Of a stretch of DNA of 64,000 bases, positions 21,601 to 32,539 are shown in pieces; position 1 is the stretch's first letter, and each line of letters opens with the position of its first letter. Origin of the DNA: a virus; IMG/VR virus record IMGVR_UViG_3300045988_175036, positions 32,001 to 96,000 of that record. One strand, given 5' to 3'. A program made the position numbers and the translations under genes. Under the pieces are notes generated by a model. It was not told the origin of the DNA and searched no databases. It saw only the letters and a list, made by a program, of their open reading frames with translations.

Positions 21601-21611
21601 ATTATTCCTCT

Positions 21612-23840
21612 TTAGTTACAGTGAGAGTAACCGCATTCCTTACAGATATCGCAGCCGCCGCTATGCTCCAAAACCGCGTCGCACTCTGGACAACGCTCTC
21701 CGAACTTTTGTGATTTCTTTTTCTTTGGTTCCTCTAAATATCCCAATTCTTCTTGAACTTCTTTCCACATATCCATCAGTGCATTGCCTATTGCCATTGG
21801 GCAACACGCGCCCTTAGATGTATCATGCTTTGTGGCTGTCCTAATAGCATAACTAGGACAAGCACCAGTTGAATTGAGCTGGTCTTGAATATCATTTATG
21901 CTAACTCCAGCTCTACAGGCAAGAGAAACCATTCGAGATAATCCAACCATATAGTTGGAACATCCCCCCAAACTACCTTTTGTAAAGAACACTTCAACTA
22001 AATCACCATAAACTGGTTCAAAGAACCCAAGAACATGAGTTGAGCCGCAACCATTGATTATTTTTCTTTTCTTTCCAATCAAGTCGTCCGCACACTTCAT
22101 AATTTCTCCACGTTTTAATTCTTTATGAGAAATTTCTTCTTCTTTTTTATTTTCTGTAGTCAAAATGCCAAGGCGCTTACAACCATCTCTGAACATGGTA
22201 ATACCTTTACACCCAGACGACCAAGCAAGTAGATACATATGTGCAATATCATCTTTAGTTGCAGAATTTGGCATATTTACTGTAGAACTAATTGCTGTAT
22301 CAACATGTTTTTGCATTACAGCTTGTGTTAGCACTCTACTCTGCCAAGAGATATCAGCTGAACCGACAAAATAATCTGGTAGCTCTTTTGTATTATTTAT
22401 CTCCATATATTCGCGTGCTGCTTTACAATAAACATCGTAGTAGGCATCTTCTCCATCTGTCATGCCTACTGTTCTTCTTGTATATTTTAGCGCAAATTCT
22501 GGCTCACAACCACCACTTTCTCCTAGTAGAGTAGCTAATGAACCAGTTGGAGCAATTGAAACTAAACTACAATTTCTTAAGCCATATTCTTTTAGTTTAG
22601 TTATTTCATCAGGACTAAAATGAAATTTTATGATATCACTATCAAAAATTTCTTCTTTGTATTTTGGATACGGACCGAACTCTTTTGCCAATTCGTTGCT
22701 TGCAAGGACCGCGCGTCTAAAGATAAGAGAAAAGACATCATCAGTAAATTCAATAGCCTCTGGCGAGCCATATCGGAAGCCGAGCTTCATAAGGGCCGTT
22801 GCATAGCCAAAGATACCTAGGCCAATATTTCTATAGTTATAAGACATATCTCTTTGCTGTTGTAAAGGGTGTCTGTTATAATTTTCATCAATAAGTTTAT
22901 CAAGAGTTTTAATACCAACATCAATTGCCGATAGTAAGTCCGCTGTATTGAGGTGAGCTTGTGGTGTATAAGGGTTTACAATAAATTCAGAAAGATTCAG
23001 GGAAGATAGACAGCAAGCGCCATGTTTGGGGAGCGGTTGCTCGCCACAAGGATTACAAGTCTCAATCTCATAATCTTCATCGAATTGCATCAAATTATAA
23101 TTTCTAAATTTGTTGGTAAAGAGGCAAGCGGGGTCAGCCCAATCATAACAATTATCAACTAGCATTTTGAAAATTTCGATTGGGGTAACATCATATTCTA
23201 TTTCATGCCCGGAGTAGTTTCGCTTTTCGTGTAGTACTACAACTTCTCCAGTGTCATAATATTTCTCAACAGCTCGCATAAATTCGTCATCAAGTTCAAG
23301 AGACAAATTGGCTTTTTCAATTTCCCCTTCTTTTGACTTTATTTTTATAAAAGTCTCTGCTTCTTTATGCCGTGCGTCAATAGAAAGCATTAGCGCACCC
23401 TTGCGCGCACCTCCTTGTGAAGTTCCCGCTGTGACTTCATTGAAAATTTTCATAAAAGGAACAATTCCATCAGAATAGTATTCAGTTTTTATTGGAGTTC
23501 CCTTTGGGCGTAATTTTGTAAGAGAAATTCCTTGGCCGCCTTGTGCTTTGAAAGTAATGCCAATGTCTTTTGCGGCATCCATAATGTCGTAGTAATCATC
23601 TTCAATATACCCTCTTGAATAACAATTGAATAAACTGCCAGTATTATTAAGACCTCTATTTGCTAAAGTGCGCCCGCCCATCAAGAACTTTTTCTCGATA
23701 ATTAGTTTTCGTAATTCATTATCTCCTGCACTTACTCTATCTAGCCATTCTTCAAAACTTTCATTATTGTGTCGATATTTACGTTGCCAGATGTCTTGCG
23801 CGAGTTGATTATTTTCTCCAAGCCAATCCTTTACGGTCAT
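21612..23840 (-). CDS. nrdJ: class II (adenosylcobalamin-dependent) ribonucleotide reductase with C-terminal zinc ribbon
   Basis: TCNPCGEQPLP active-site block. C-terminal CPECD...CDICKECG. Start taken at ATG 23840, which follows GGAGG. Confidence 0.9.
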   Translation of the reverse strand: MTVKDWLGENNQLAQDIWQRKYRHNNESFEEWLDRVSAGDNELRKLIIEKKFLMGGRTLANRGLNNTGSLFNCYSRGYIEDDYYDIMDAAKDIGITFKAQGGQGISLTKLRPKGTPIKTEYYSDGIVPFMKIFNEVTAGTSQGGARKGALMLSIDARHKEAETFIKIKSKEGEIEKANLSLELDDEFMRAVEKYYDTGEVVVLHEKRNYSGHEIEYDVTPIEIFKMLVDNCYDWADPACLFTNKFRNYNLMQFDEDYEIETCNPCGEQPLPKHGACCLSSLNLSEFIVNPYTPQAHLNTADLLSAIDVGIKTLDKLIDENYNRHPLQQQRDMSYNYRNIGLGIFGYATALMKLGFRYGSPEAIEFTDDVFSLIFRRAVLASNELAKEFGPYPKYKEEIFDSDIIKFHFSPDEITKLKEYGLRNCSLVSIAPTGSLATLLGESGGCEPEFALKYTRRTVGMTDGEDAYYDVYCKAAREYMEINNTKELPDYFVGSADISWQSRVLTQAVMQKHVDTAISSTVNMPNSATKDDIAHMYLLAWSSGCKGITMFRDGCKRLGILTTENKKEEEISHKELKRGEIMKCADDLIGKKRKIINGCGSTHVLGFFEPVYGDLVEVFFTKGSLGGCSNYMVGLSRMVSLACRAGVSINDIQDQLNSTGACPSYAIRTATKHDTSKGACCPMAIGNALMDMWKEVQEELGYLEEPKKKKSQKFGERCPECDAVLEHSGGCDICKECGYSHCN

Positions 23841-24031
23841 TCTTTTTCCTCCGTGTAACAATATTCACAATAGCCATTTATAAAATTGTGCTGACATTGT
23901 GCTTGAAGTTTTTTATTTTCTTCTAATAATTTAGCAACAGTATTATTTAGGGTGAATTTATTTGGTGTTACTAGCTGTTCAATAATACTATTATTTTCAT
24001 CTATTTTTTGTTTTATTTCTAAATTAGTCAT
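23837..24031 (-). CDS. hypothetical protein
   Basis: Small ORF coupled to nrdJ by an ATGA overlap. Confidence 0.5.
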   Translation of the reverse strand: MTNLEIKQKIDENNSIIEQLVTPNKFTLNNTVAKLLEENKKLQAQCQHNFINGYCEYCYTEEKE

Positions 24032-25160
24032 TTATAAACATCTCCTTTTCATAATGGACAGAGATTGTCTCGTAGAACATCTTGAAAAGTTCATAATTCT
24101 TTTCACGAATATATATAAAGCTTTTCCGATTTTCCTCAAGGGAAGTCTTTGGAGAGAGAGATTTCTCTGTAAAAATTGGACCAGAATTATACTGAGATTT
24201 TGCTTTTAGGTAATAATATAATGTGGTCAGTTTTCTATCTTGGCTTTTTTGAAAAAATTCATTCCAAAGTCGAAAAAGGTTTTCTAACTCTTGTGAAAAT
24301 GGAGATTCTCTACCAAGAGTAAGTAGAAAATTTATCTTATGAGTAGATAAGTATAAACACTGTCTGTATACAATAGGTAGTGTTTCTAGGATTTGCTCAT
24401 CACAAGATGTTGTGGAAAACGGATTATATATAATTTTCCGCGCAGTTCTAGCAGGAATATCATCACATAGTTCTTTTACCATTTTATCAGGCATCAGGTC
24501 TTCATATTGAACTTGGAAAATACCTGAAAGAGGTGGAAGACTAAGCCATTCATAGAGTTCTTCTTTTGTGCTTACAGTTGGCGGAAATTTCATCCCAATT
24601 GGCAACACGTGAATTTTTTCAGGATTATTTACACCAAAACGAGAATTAGATAACTCTTTCAGGAAACTAACGGCTCCTTCAACTTGTCCAAGGTTATAAT
24701 CATGAAGAATAATACCTGATGTTTTTGGAAAAATCTGTGCTTTGAGTTGCTTTTCCACAAAGCTATCAATACCATGGCCTTCACGCGAAAGACGTCCATG
24801 TCCTGCGCGTAAAATCCTCTTAAAAGTAGCCTTATCTACTCCGAAGTAACTTTCATATTTTTCATACGGAGAAAAATCAGGGACAATACTTTCAATTTCT
24901 TTTGAAAAAGGAACATAATTTTCTAATGATACCGCGCGACCACCATATCCTACATTAGGTAAAAAAAGTTCTTTTGGATACAATCTATCCTCGTAATCTT
25001 TTCTTACAAAAAAAGAATTATAGCGTTCTGGCTCCAAAGTAGGAGCCAAAAGCGTTATATCTCTTTTCTTCTTGTAGTAGGCAAGAAGCTTCGCACACTC
25101 AAGATTTGGCATTACATTCCAATAATGAAAAAAATCATAATCATGAATTCCAACTATCAT
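24024..25160 (-). CDS. hypothetical protein (378 aa)
   Basis: Long ORF between dnaE and nrdJ. No motif recognised. Confidence 0.6.
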   Translation of the reverse strand: MIVGIHDYDFFHYWNVMPNLECAKLLAYYKKKRDITLLAPTLEPERYNSFFVRKDYEDRLYPKELFLPNVGYGGRAVSLENYVPFSKEIESIVPDFSPYEKYESYFGVDKATFKRILRAGHGRLSREGHGIDSFVEKQLKAQIFPKTSGIILHDYNLGQVEGAVSFLKELSNSRFGVNNPEKIHVLPIGMKFPPTVSTKEELYEWLSLPPLSGIFQVQYEDLMPDKMVKELCDDIPARTARKIIYNPFSTTSCDEQILETLPIVYRQCLYLSTHKINFLLTLGRESPFSQELENLFRLWNEFFQKSQDRKLTTLYYYLKAKSQYNSGPIFTEKSLSPKTSLEENRKSFIYIREKNYELFKMFYETISVHYEKEMFIND

Positions 25161-28100
25161 TCATCTAACTCCAACCTTGGGCGCATTTTTATTTTACCAT
25201 CTGGATAAACTTCTTCAATCAATTCACAAAGATGGTAGGGGGTTGCTTTATATTTTTTCGCGCGGAAGCTATCACCATCACGAATTCCACACACTACAAT
25301 TTTGTTTCCACGTGCAAAAGTAGATTTTTCTTTGACGTGTTTCTTGCCATCCACACCTTTTTCAGAAATTTGGCGATCATAGATATTGAAGACTTCACCA
25401 AAAATCTTTACTGTAACAACCCCATCTGGCGTCAAAAGTGTCACTAATTTCTTCATCTTATCACGGTCAAGAACGGTTCCATAGATACGATGAATTTTGA
25501 AGATTGGAACACGTTTACCCTTGATTTCAAAAACTCGCTCAATCTCTGGTTCTTCTGCTAAGTCAAAGAAGTTCGAGAAGCCATAATATGTGTTATCGAC
25601 ATGTGCGAGTTCGTGTTCATGGAAATAACAAGAAACGCTGTCCATTTCCCATTTACTTATATTTCCAAGGCAATACTTATTCCACACATCTTCTGTCAAT
25701 CGACTATTTACAGAAGAAAGAAGTTTTTGATTATTCTCTTTGACGTAGGGACGAATTCTATCCATTACTTCATCATAGATTTTTTTCCACGTGATTTGCT
25801 TTATGCCAAAGCCACTTTCCGCGCGAGCGTCCTCAACCAGCTTGTCGATTGAGAAGTTCTTATCAAAGAAAACCATCGCAATGTTATCTAAAAGGAATAA
25901 ATCATCTACTTTGGATGTCTTTAGATATTTGTTGAAGTTGAAGACCCGGCGAACAAAATCGTATTCGCTTGGAATAAGTCCAAAATCAATCAACATTTTC
26001 ATATTTTGGAGAGTAATACGTTTCTTTGCGTCGCTAATAAGGTTGATATATTCGTGCATCACTTGTTCGCGTTGGCCGAAACTGTCGAAAGCGCCGCACT
26101 TTATGAGATTTACCATTTGAGGCTTGTTGATTTTTACTTTTGAGAGGAAGTCTGGGATTGAAGTGTAAGGACGATTTTCGATTATTTGTTTTACAATATC
26201 TTGACCGATTTTTGTAATACCATTCATACCAAAACGAATAATTGAATTTTCAACATCTGGAGAAAATGTAAAAGTGGATTTATTTATATCTGGTGGAGCA
26301 ACTGTAATTCCAGCTGCTTGCATTTTTCCAAGCGCCGCGGCAATTTTACCGTAATTACTTACTTTTACTTTTTTCTTCTTTTTAGTTGTTAAGACTTTAT
26401 TGACTTCAGTATCATCTTCTTCATCTTCTTCATCGTCATCATCGAATTCTTCTATGCAATCAGTATATTTTTCTATTGTGAACGTGTCCTCTTCTTCATT
26501 TCCATCGTTATCATCACCCTGTTGTTCATTGCCACCACTGTCACTAATTAAGCAAGCACAATTCCAAAAAATAATTGGAAAGCGATAAGCCAAATTCATT
26601 TCTTGCAAAGCCACAAGAGAATATGAAAGGGTGTGCGCACGACAAAATGAGTAACCACGCTGAACACGAAGTAAAATGTCCCAGACATAATGAACAAGTT
26701 TCATATCACATTTTTTTTCTTGAGCATTTTCAAAATAAGCCTTTTCACATTCGTCAAAAAGCTTACCTTGTTTTTTTGCAATTGCCTTACGGCATTTGTC
26801 TGCAAAGGTCAGACTATTACCACCAAGTTGTTCTTCTTGTAGAAGCTGCATCATTCCTTCTTGACTTTCACAAATACCATCGGTAATAGCGTTGTGCGAC
26901 ATTAGCCAATCAATATTGACCTGACTTAGGCCATACGTGCACATCTCTCGTTCCCATTCTATGATATTGGAACGATATCTGGCCCACATATCAAGAGGTT
27001 GTTCTGCACCCTTTTCAGGAGCCATGAGACGAATAACTGAATTCAAAACCGCTAATTCACTGACACTTTTTGGATGCGTTAGCGCGATACCATTGATACC
27101 ACTTTGTTTTTCCATTTGAAAAAGACTGGTAATTTTATGCTCCCAAACCATTTGCCACATTTTTGGGGCGGTGCGCTCAAGATTATAAATTCCAATGATT
27201 TTCTCATAGGTTTCTCGTAATGTTGCTTCTGGTTTTATATAGCCATATTCTACTAATAAATCTAACTCATTATGAATTTTATCAAGGGCTTCAATAGAGA
27301 GCATGTCAATTTTAATGAGTGATACATCCTCGCAATCATGTAACTCAAAAGCAGTAATAATCGTACCATCTGGCGCGCGCATTAGAGCCGTAGAATTAGT
27401 GAAAGGTTCATCAACAAAAATTACTCCGCCAGCATGTATTCCAACTCCACAAATCAGTCCTTCAATTTTAGAAGCTACTGCCCAAACTTCTGGATAATTT
27501 TCCGTCATTTCAAAAACAAATTGTTTGATTGGCTTGAAGTCCTTCTCTTCGTCACCATTCATGCATTGTGATAAAGACCGTAACTGGCCGCGGTCGGATG
27601 GAATTAGTCCAGCTAGATAAGAAGCAATATCAACCTCAATATTGAGGCCGCGACAGGCAGTTAGAATAGCAGACTTGGATTTTTCGGTTTTGAAGGTTGC
27701 CACATTAGACACTCTGTCTTCGCCATAAAAGTCTCGAAACTTTTGAAGGACTTGTGCACGCTTACTTCCTTCGATATCTGTATCACAGTCAAGAACCGAA
27801 GCTCGATCAGGGTTCAAAAAGCGCCAATGGAATACTTTCGTCTCTTCAAGAAGCGGGTTTATTTGAGTAATTCCAAGTACGTATAGTAGAATAAATCCTG
27901 CACCAGAACCCCGCCCTGGCCCAACAAGAGAACCAGCCTCCCAGCACAAATCAATATTTTTTTGAAGATTTAGATAATATGCAGACCAATGAGCATTATT
28001 TTTGATAGAAGAACGCCAAGTATCATCGAGACACACATTTATTTCTTTATAAGCCTCATCCGTTTGAAGCCCGCGTCGAGATTTTATACCATCAATAACT

Positions 28101-29155
28101 GCCCAAACAAGATGTCTATCACCAATATAATTAGAATTATAAAAAGTTTCAAGAAGTGGGATTTTATTTTTATAGAAAAGATATTCATCTTTATTTTGTG
28201 GATACTTGTACCACTCTAATTCTGGAATTCTTAGAGGTTTTAGTAGGCTATAATCTTCACAGGTTTCTCTAATCTTAAGGATATTTCTATATGCTTTTTC
28301 TAATTGTTCCCTTGAAAAATATCCAAAATAACTTTCAAGTTCTTCCGTATTCATCATATACGTAGACACGTAAAAGTCATCAACTTCACGGTCGCCATTT
28401 TGAGCATTTAGATATGCTTTATGGATAGTGCGGTCTTCTTTCTTTAGGTAATGACTATCAGTTGTAATAATATAGGGGATGTCTAATTCTTCTGAAAGTT
28501 CAAAGAGTCGTTGATTTACATAGACTTGATCTTTATTATGGCTTGGTTGCATTTCAAAGAAAAAATTACCATGTCCAAATAAGTTATCTAATTGACTAAT
28601 CCAATTATAAATTTTTGGTAACAACTCTGGTTCAGTCTTCGCACGAAGGAGTTGAGTAGGAAGACAGCCACCCAAACACGCTGATGAACCAATAATATGT
28701 CCTGGGTTAGCACCAATTATCTCAAATAAATCGCTATAATAAGTCGGAACACGTCTCATGCCTCGCGCCGTATAGCTACGAAGCCAAGCACGCGTAGAAA
28801 GTTCACGGATTTGTTGGTGACCAATTGCATCTTTTGCAAGAAGAATAAAGTGATAATATTTGTCTTGACCTGCTTTATAATTAGAAGCATTGAGGCCATT
28901 GCGGCAAAGATAAATCTCATTTCCTAGAATAAGCTTAAAATCAGGATTCTTTTCTTTTACCTTTCGATAATATTTCTCAGCGCGAACTGCGCCAGAGACG
29001 GTTTCATGGTCAGTAATGGCTACTACTTGATGTCCTAGTTCAATTGCATAATCAATCAAATCTTCAGTCTTAATGATACAGTCACGAAGACGTTCATTTG
29101 ACCAGTCAAGATGATTATGTAGAGAACCAGGGTACTTTAGTTTTCGTTCGTCCAT
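25157..29155 (-). CDS. dnaE: DNA polymerase III alpha subunit (DnaE-type, PHP domain)
   Basis: PHP motifs (SLHNHLDWS, ITDHETVSG) and GPGRGSGAGFILLYVLGITQINPL. Contains an acidic/basic insert (EEFDDDDEEDEEDDTE...KKKKKVK). Confidence 0.95.
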   Translation of the reverse strand: MDERKLKYPGSLHNHLDWSNERLRDCIIKTEDLIDYAIELGHQVVAITDHETVSGAVRAEKYYRKVKEKNPDFKLILGNEIYLCRNGLNASNYKAGQDKYYHFILLAKDAIGHQQIRELSTRAWLRSYTARGMRRVPTYYSDLFEIIGANPGHIIGSSACLGGCLPTQLLRAKTEPELLPKIYNWISQLDNLFGHGNFFFEMQPSHNKDQVYVNQRLFELSEELDIPYIITTDSHYLKKEDRTIHKAYLNAQNGDREVDDFYVSTYMMNTEELESYFGYFSREQLEKAYRNILKIRETCEDYSLLKPLRIPELEWYKYPQNKDEYLFYKNKIPLLETFYNSNYIGDRHLVWAVIDGIKSRRGLQTDEAYKEINVCLDDTWRSSIKNNAHWSAYYLNLQKNIDLCWEAGSLVGPGRGSGAGFILLYVLGITQINPLLEETKVFHWRFLNPDRASVLDCDTDIEGSKRAQVLQKFRDFYGEDRVSNVATFKTEKSKSAILTACRGLNIEVDIASYLAGLIPSDRGQLRSLSQCMNGDEEKDFKPIKQFVFEMTENYPEVWAVASKIEGLICGVGIHAGGVIFVDEPFTNSTALMRAPDGTIITAFELHDCEDVSLIKIDMLSIEALDKIHNELDLLVEYGYIKPEATLRETYEKIIGIYNLERTAPKMWQMVWEHKITSLFQMEKQSGINGIALTHPKSVSELAVLNSVIRLMAPEKGAEQPLDMWARYRSNIIEWEREMCTYGLSQVNIDWLMSHNAITDGICESQEGMMQLLQEEQLGGNSLTFADKCRKAIAKKQGKLFDECEKAYFENAQEKKCDMKLVHYVWDILLRVQRGYSFCRAHTLSYSLVALQEMNLAYRFPIIFWNCACLISDSGGNEQQGDDNDGNEEEDTFTIEKYTDCIEEFDDDDEEDEEDDTEVNKVLTTKKKKKVKVSNYGKIAAALGKMQAAGITVAPPDINKSTFTFSPDVENSIIRFGMNGITKIGQDIVKQIIENRPYTSIPDFLSKVKINKPQMVNLIKCGAFDSFGQREQVMHEYINLISDAKKRITLQNMKMLIDFGLIPSEYDFVRRVFNFNKYLKTSKVDDLFLLDNIAMVFFDKNFSIDKLVEDARAESGFGIKQITWKKIYDEVMDRIRPYVKENNQKLLSSVNSRLTEDVWNKYCLGNISKWEMDSVSCYFHEHELAHVDNTYYGFSNFFDLAEEPEIERVFEIKGKRVPIFKIHRIYGTVLDRDKMKKLVTLLTPDGVVTVKIFGEVFNIYDRQISEKGVDGKKHVKEKSTFARGNKIVVCGIRDGDSFRAKKYKATPYHLCELIEEVYPDGKIKMRPRLELDE

Positions 29156-29169
29156 TCTCTTCCTCCTTT

Positions 29170-29463
29170 TTATTCGCCAATTATATGGAAAGTTTTATCT
29201 GGAAATACCTTCTTTATTCTAACCCTATCATCATGTTCGGCCACGTCAAAAAAGCTCCATCCCTTATGTAAGCTCATTATTCCTACAATTCTCCATGGTT
29301 CTTCATCAATTAAATAATAAAGTTCGTCTATTTGAATTTTTTTATAGATATTTTCGTCTTCAAAAAGAATATAATTTTCAATTTCTTCTAAAGATTGAAG
29401 AGTATTAGGGAGTGAAGCAACTAATTCTTTTGTAAAATTTTCAATTTTATAAATTTTTATCAT
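29170..29463 (-). CDS. hypothetical protein
   Basis: ORF overlaps the methylase stop. Confidence 0.5.
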   Translation of the reverse strand: MIKIYKIENFTKELVASLPNTLQSLEEIENYILFEDENIYKKIQIDELYYLIDEEPWRIVGIMSLHKGWSFFDVAEHDDRVRIKKVFPDKTFHIIGE

Positions 29464-30253
29464 TTTCTTTCTCCCATTGTTCTTTTAGCCATTTGCGGAG
29501 TCTCCATGCAGGCAAATTTGGCGAAGCAACACATTGAAGTAAATTTTTATAATTACATTCTTTTAGCTTTTTTTCTAACCACTCTTTTATATTATCGTCA
29601 CATCTAAAAACTATTTCATTAGGACAGGTTTCACCTTCATCCAATAGCTTTATTGTCCCCCAAGCGGAAACACGGAAGTCCCAAGGATAATTTAATATAT
29701 CATCTGGGTGCTTATATTTACCAGTCCGAAAGATATGCCTGCATTCTAAAATTCCTGAAATGTCATAATTTTGTTTATGTCCATTCTTACAATAATGATA
29801 TATATTCAAGCAACAATGAATTTTTCTTCCGCTATAAGGTAAAATTCCTAAGTCTTCACTATATAATAGTTCAGTGTCTTTCATTGTTCTATTTTGATTT
29901 AATTGACTAATTGGCTGAATGAGTGAAATATATGGCGAATGAGTTAAAGAAGCCTTTATAAATTGAACAGAAAGTTTATTAGCTCTACCAAAAGGGGGGT
30001 TGCCAATCACAAGAGATTTTTCTTCATAAGGGAGTTTTATATCTCTATAATCAGCTTGAATAATATTTGGGCCTTCAGGCAAAATATCATAAGCTAATGT
30101 GTTATTTGGCAAATAAGCCAGATATGCCCCAGCTCCTGCTGATGGCTCAATAATTCTGTCCCAATCTGTTCCAAGAATTTCAAAAGTTTTTTCAACGCAG
30201 TACTTGGCTATACTATTTTCAGTATAATATTTATCATTTGCAATTTTTCCCAT
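29447..30253 (-). CDS. N6-adenine-type DNA methyltransferase
   Basis: IIEPSAGAGAYL (AdoMet motif I) and VIGNPPFGRAN (motif IV). Confidence 0.8.
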   Translation of the reverse strand: MGKIANDKYYTENSIAKYCVEKTFEILGTDWDRIIEPSAGAGAYLAYLPNNTLAYDILPEGPNIIQADYRDIKLPYEEKSLVIGNPPFGRANKLSVQFIKASLTHSPYISLIQPISQLNQNRTMKDTELLYSEDLGILPYSGRKIHCCLNIYHYCKNGHKQNYDISGILECRHIFRTGKYKHPDDILNYPWDFRVSAWGTIKLLDEGETCPNEIVFRCDDNIKEWLEKKLKECNYKNLLQCVASPNLPAWRLRKWLKEQWEKENDKNL

Positions 30254-30254
30254 A

Positions 30255-30770
30255 TCATACCTCTAAGAATTTATTTAGCTCGGAAAAAGTCATAAAACGG
30301 TATTTAGAAAAAGATTGTTTATTTTTCTTGGTTGAGCCAGAAATTGTATAACAGCTTTCTTCTATCCTAGAATGTTGTTTACTTTTAGAAAATAATTGTT
30401 CATTTATAATATCTCTACTAGGAATAAAAAATATCTCTTCTCCGCCATTTTCAGTATCATAATTAACGAAAAGAAAATATTCACACTCATATGGATGACA
30501 TTGATTATAAGTAATTGTTTTCAACGGCAGCCGAGCAGATTTGACCTCTACTCTACCATATTTTTCAGAAAACATATCATGACCAGCGGAGTTATCTTTT
30601 CTCAGAGCTGGAACTTGGCTAAGAATATACGGCTCGCTCCATTCTTCACCAAAGGCTTTATTGGATAAACTTTTTAAGTTTCCATAAGGATTTAATTCTG
30701 AAATTCTTTTTTCACATTCTGCAATAATTTGTCTCAATTCTGAGACAGAAGTAATTTTTGATAAATCCAT
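30255..30770 (-). CDS. putative PD-(D/E)XK nuclease, possible restriction partner of the adjacent methylase
   Basis: GHDMFSEKYGRVEVKSAR gives a D-x9-E-V-K pattern. Ends 1 nt upstream of the methylase and has its own promoter. Confidence 0.35.
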   Translation of the reverse strand: MDLSKITSVSELRQIIAECEKRISELNPYGNLKSLSNKAFGEEWSEPYILSQVPALRKDNSAGHDMFSEKYGRVEVKSARLPLKTITYNQCHPYECEYFLFVNYDTENGGEEIFFIPSRDIINEQLFSKSKQHSRIEESCYTISGSTKKNKQSFSKYRFMTFSELNKFLEV

Positions 30771-30802
30771 AAGAAAATTTCCTTTCCAATTTCTTTATTT
30801 CT

Positions 30803-30831
30803 ATTATATCACAATTTTCTCTAAAAAGCAA
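30803..30831 (-). promoter_or_regulatory. promoter for the nuclease-like/methylase cassette (TTGCTT-N17-TGaTATAAT on minus strand)
   Basis: Reverse complement reads TTGCTT...TGTGATATAATAGAAAT. -10 at 30803-30808, -35 at 30826-30831. Confidence 0.5.
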
Positions 30832-32539
30832 ATCTACTATCTTCAATCTCCAAATCAGTTATGAAGATTTGAGGGGTTGTTTTACCTCCCCATTCGTTTA
30901 GATTTGGCTTGCCAACTAAAGTAATATCCATATCACCTGGAAAGTCTTTTAGCTCTCTAATCAAATCTTTCGCGCGGAACTTTACATAGGTAATTCCATT
31001 CTTCTCAATTCGTAAAGTGTCTAAATTCTTTCCAATAATTTTTACATTGTTCTGAGAAACATTCAAATTGGTAATTGCCATAACCGGTTCTTCATTTTGT
31101 TGTCCATAAACTTGCTCAATTGCGCAAAGCTCTTCAATGGCTTCTTCAATTTTTTGGTCGTCAGCGCGCATCACAAAATCTACGTCATAGTAATTTTCGC
31201 CGAAATCAATTTTTGAGAGTTCTTTATTGGCAATTTCATGGAAAGTAGAAAGATTGCGGTCAAGAATACTTACTCCAAGAGCTTGGTCGTGACCAAGCGT
31301 ATACTCAAATAGTTTAGTACTAGCCATGAAATTTTTGAAAGATTTTAGTTCTGTATTTCCAGGCGCGCGAGCACTCCCTCGAATATATCCTTCATTATTG
31401 AGACGAGCTACGATTGTAGGGCGTTTATACTTCGATGCGATGCTCATTGCCAGAAGTCCATTCAGTTCTGCGGGAAATACATCATCATCCTCTAGCCGAA
31501 TAAATAGAACTTGGTTAGATAATAAATCCTTCTTGAAAATTTTGGCTTCAAGTTTCTCAACCATCTGCTCTTTCATTTTATCTTGGTGAGACTTAGCGTT
31601 CACGCACTCGCGCGTGCTTTCAACACAAAGACGTTCTTTTGTGCCTTTCGCGCCTCGCTTATGACAATCAACCATTACCTCGGGCATTACAAAAGATAGA
31701 TATAAGCGTTCTTTCTCATCCATTGACCCAACTCTAATCATGGCATTGATTAGCGGCACAATATAGAAAGCGACTGTGATTGGAGTGATTTTCCCGCCCA
31801 TTGAATAGTCTTGCTTTTCAAGCAAAGTCCTAAACATTTTATTCTTGATATTTTTGAAGCCAGTTTGAACAAGATATTGATTTTCAACCTCTAACATTGA
31901 CATCATATCTGCGACAATGCCTAAAGCACATAAATCAATGTATTCCCAAGCAAGGTCTTTTATAAAAAAGTCGTCAAGCGCGCGACACAGCTGCCAAGTG
32001 ACACCAGCCCCACACAAGTCTTTATTCTTATAATTAGGCGAAGTTTGATTATTTACTAAAATCATATTTGAAGGAATAATTGTATTCTCTTCCTTGATAT
32101 GGTGGTCCACGCACAATACCGGACAACTAAAACGGGAAATATATTCGCCGTCATTTGTGGCACTATCTGGCGCAATAATTATACTCCAATCTTTATCTTC
32201 TAACTGTTCCATCAAATCAGAAAAGCCGTGCTGTTTTCCAGAATGAATAAAGTATTGAATTTCTTTTTCTGGATTTAGCCTTTTCAAATATTGATAGATA
32301 ATGGCAGATGATGTCGCGCCATCAACGTCGCAATCAGCAATTAGTGCATATGGACGTACATCATTGATTGTTAGCTCTATCGCTTTCACTGCTCTTTCAA
32401 TATTTTCTAAGTCGCGCCAGCTTTGAAGGCAACTTTCGTCTGGATGACAAAACTCTTGAATGTCTTGGACTCCTCTCGCGCGAAGGAGGTTTTCTCCAAA
32501 ATTTTCTTTTATTTCTGGATTTTTTAGTCGATATCTCAT
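30821..32539 (-). CDS. recJ: RecJ-like ssDNA exonuclease (DHH family)
   Basis: DCDVDGATS, VLCVDHHI and LGHDQALG (DHH motifs I, III, IV). Confidence 0.85.
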   Translation of the reverse strand: MRYRLKNPEIKENFGENLLRARGVQDIQEFCHPDESCLQSWRDLENIERAVKAIELTINDVRPYALIADCDVDGATSSAIIYQYLKRLNPEKEIQYFIHSGKQHGFSDLMEQLEDKDWSIIIAPDSATNDGEYISRFSCPVLCVDHHIKEENTIIPSNMILVNNQTSPNYKNKDLCGAGVTWQLCRALDDFFIKDLAWEYIDLCALGIVADMMSMLEVENQYLVQTGFKNIKNKMFRTLLEKQDYSMGGKITPITVAFYIVPLINAMIRVGSMDEKERLYLSFVMPEVMVDCHKRGAKGTKERLCVESTRECVNAKSHQDKMKEQMVEKLEAKIFKKDLLSNQVLFIRLEDDDVFPAELNGLLAMSIASKYKRPTIVARLNNEGYIRGSARAPGNTELKSFKNFMASTKLFEYTLGHDQALGVSILDRNLSTFHEIANKELSKIDFGENYYDVDFVMRADDQKIEEAIEELCAIEQVYGQQNEEPVMAITNLNVSQNNVKIIGKNLDTLRIEKNGITYVKFRAKDLIRELKDFPGDMDITLVGKPNLNEWGGKTTPQIFITDLEIEDSRFAF

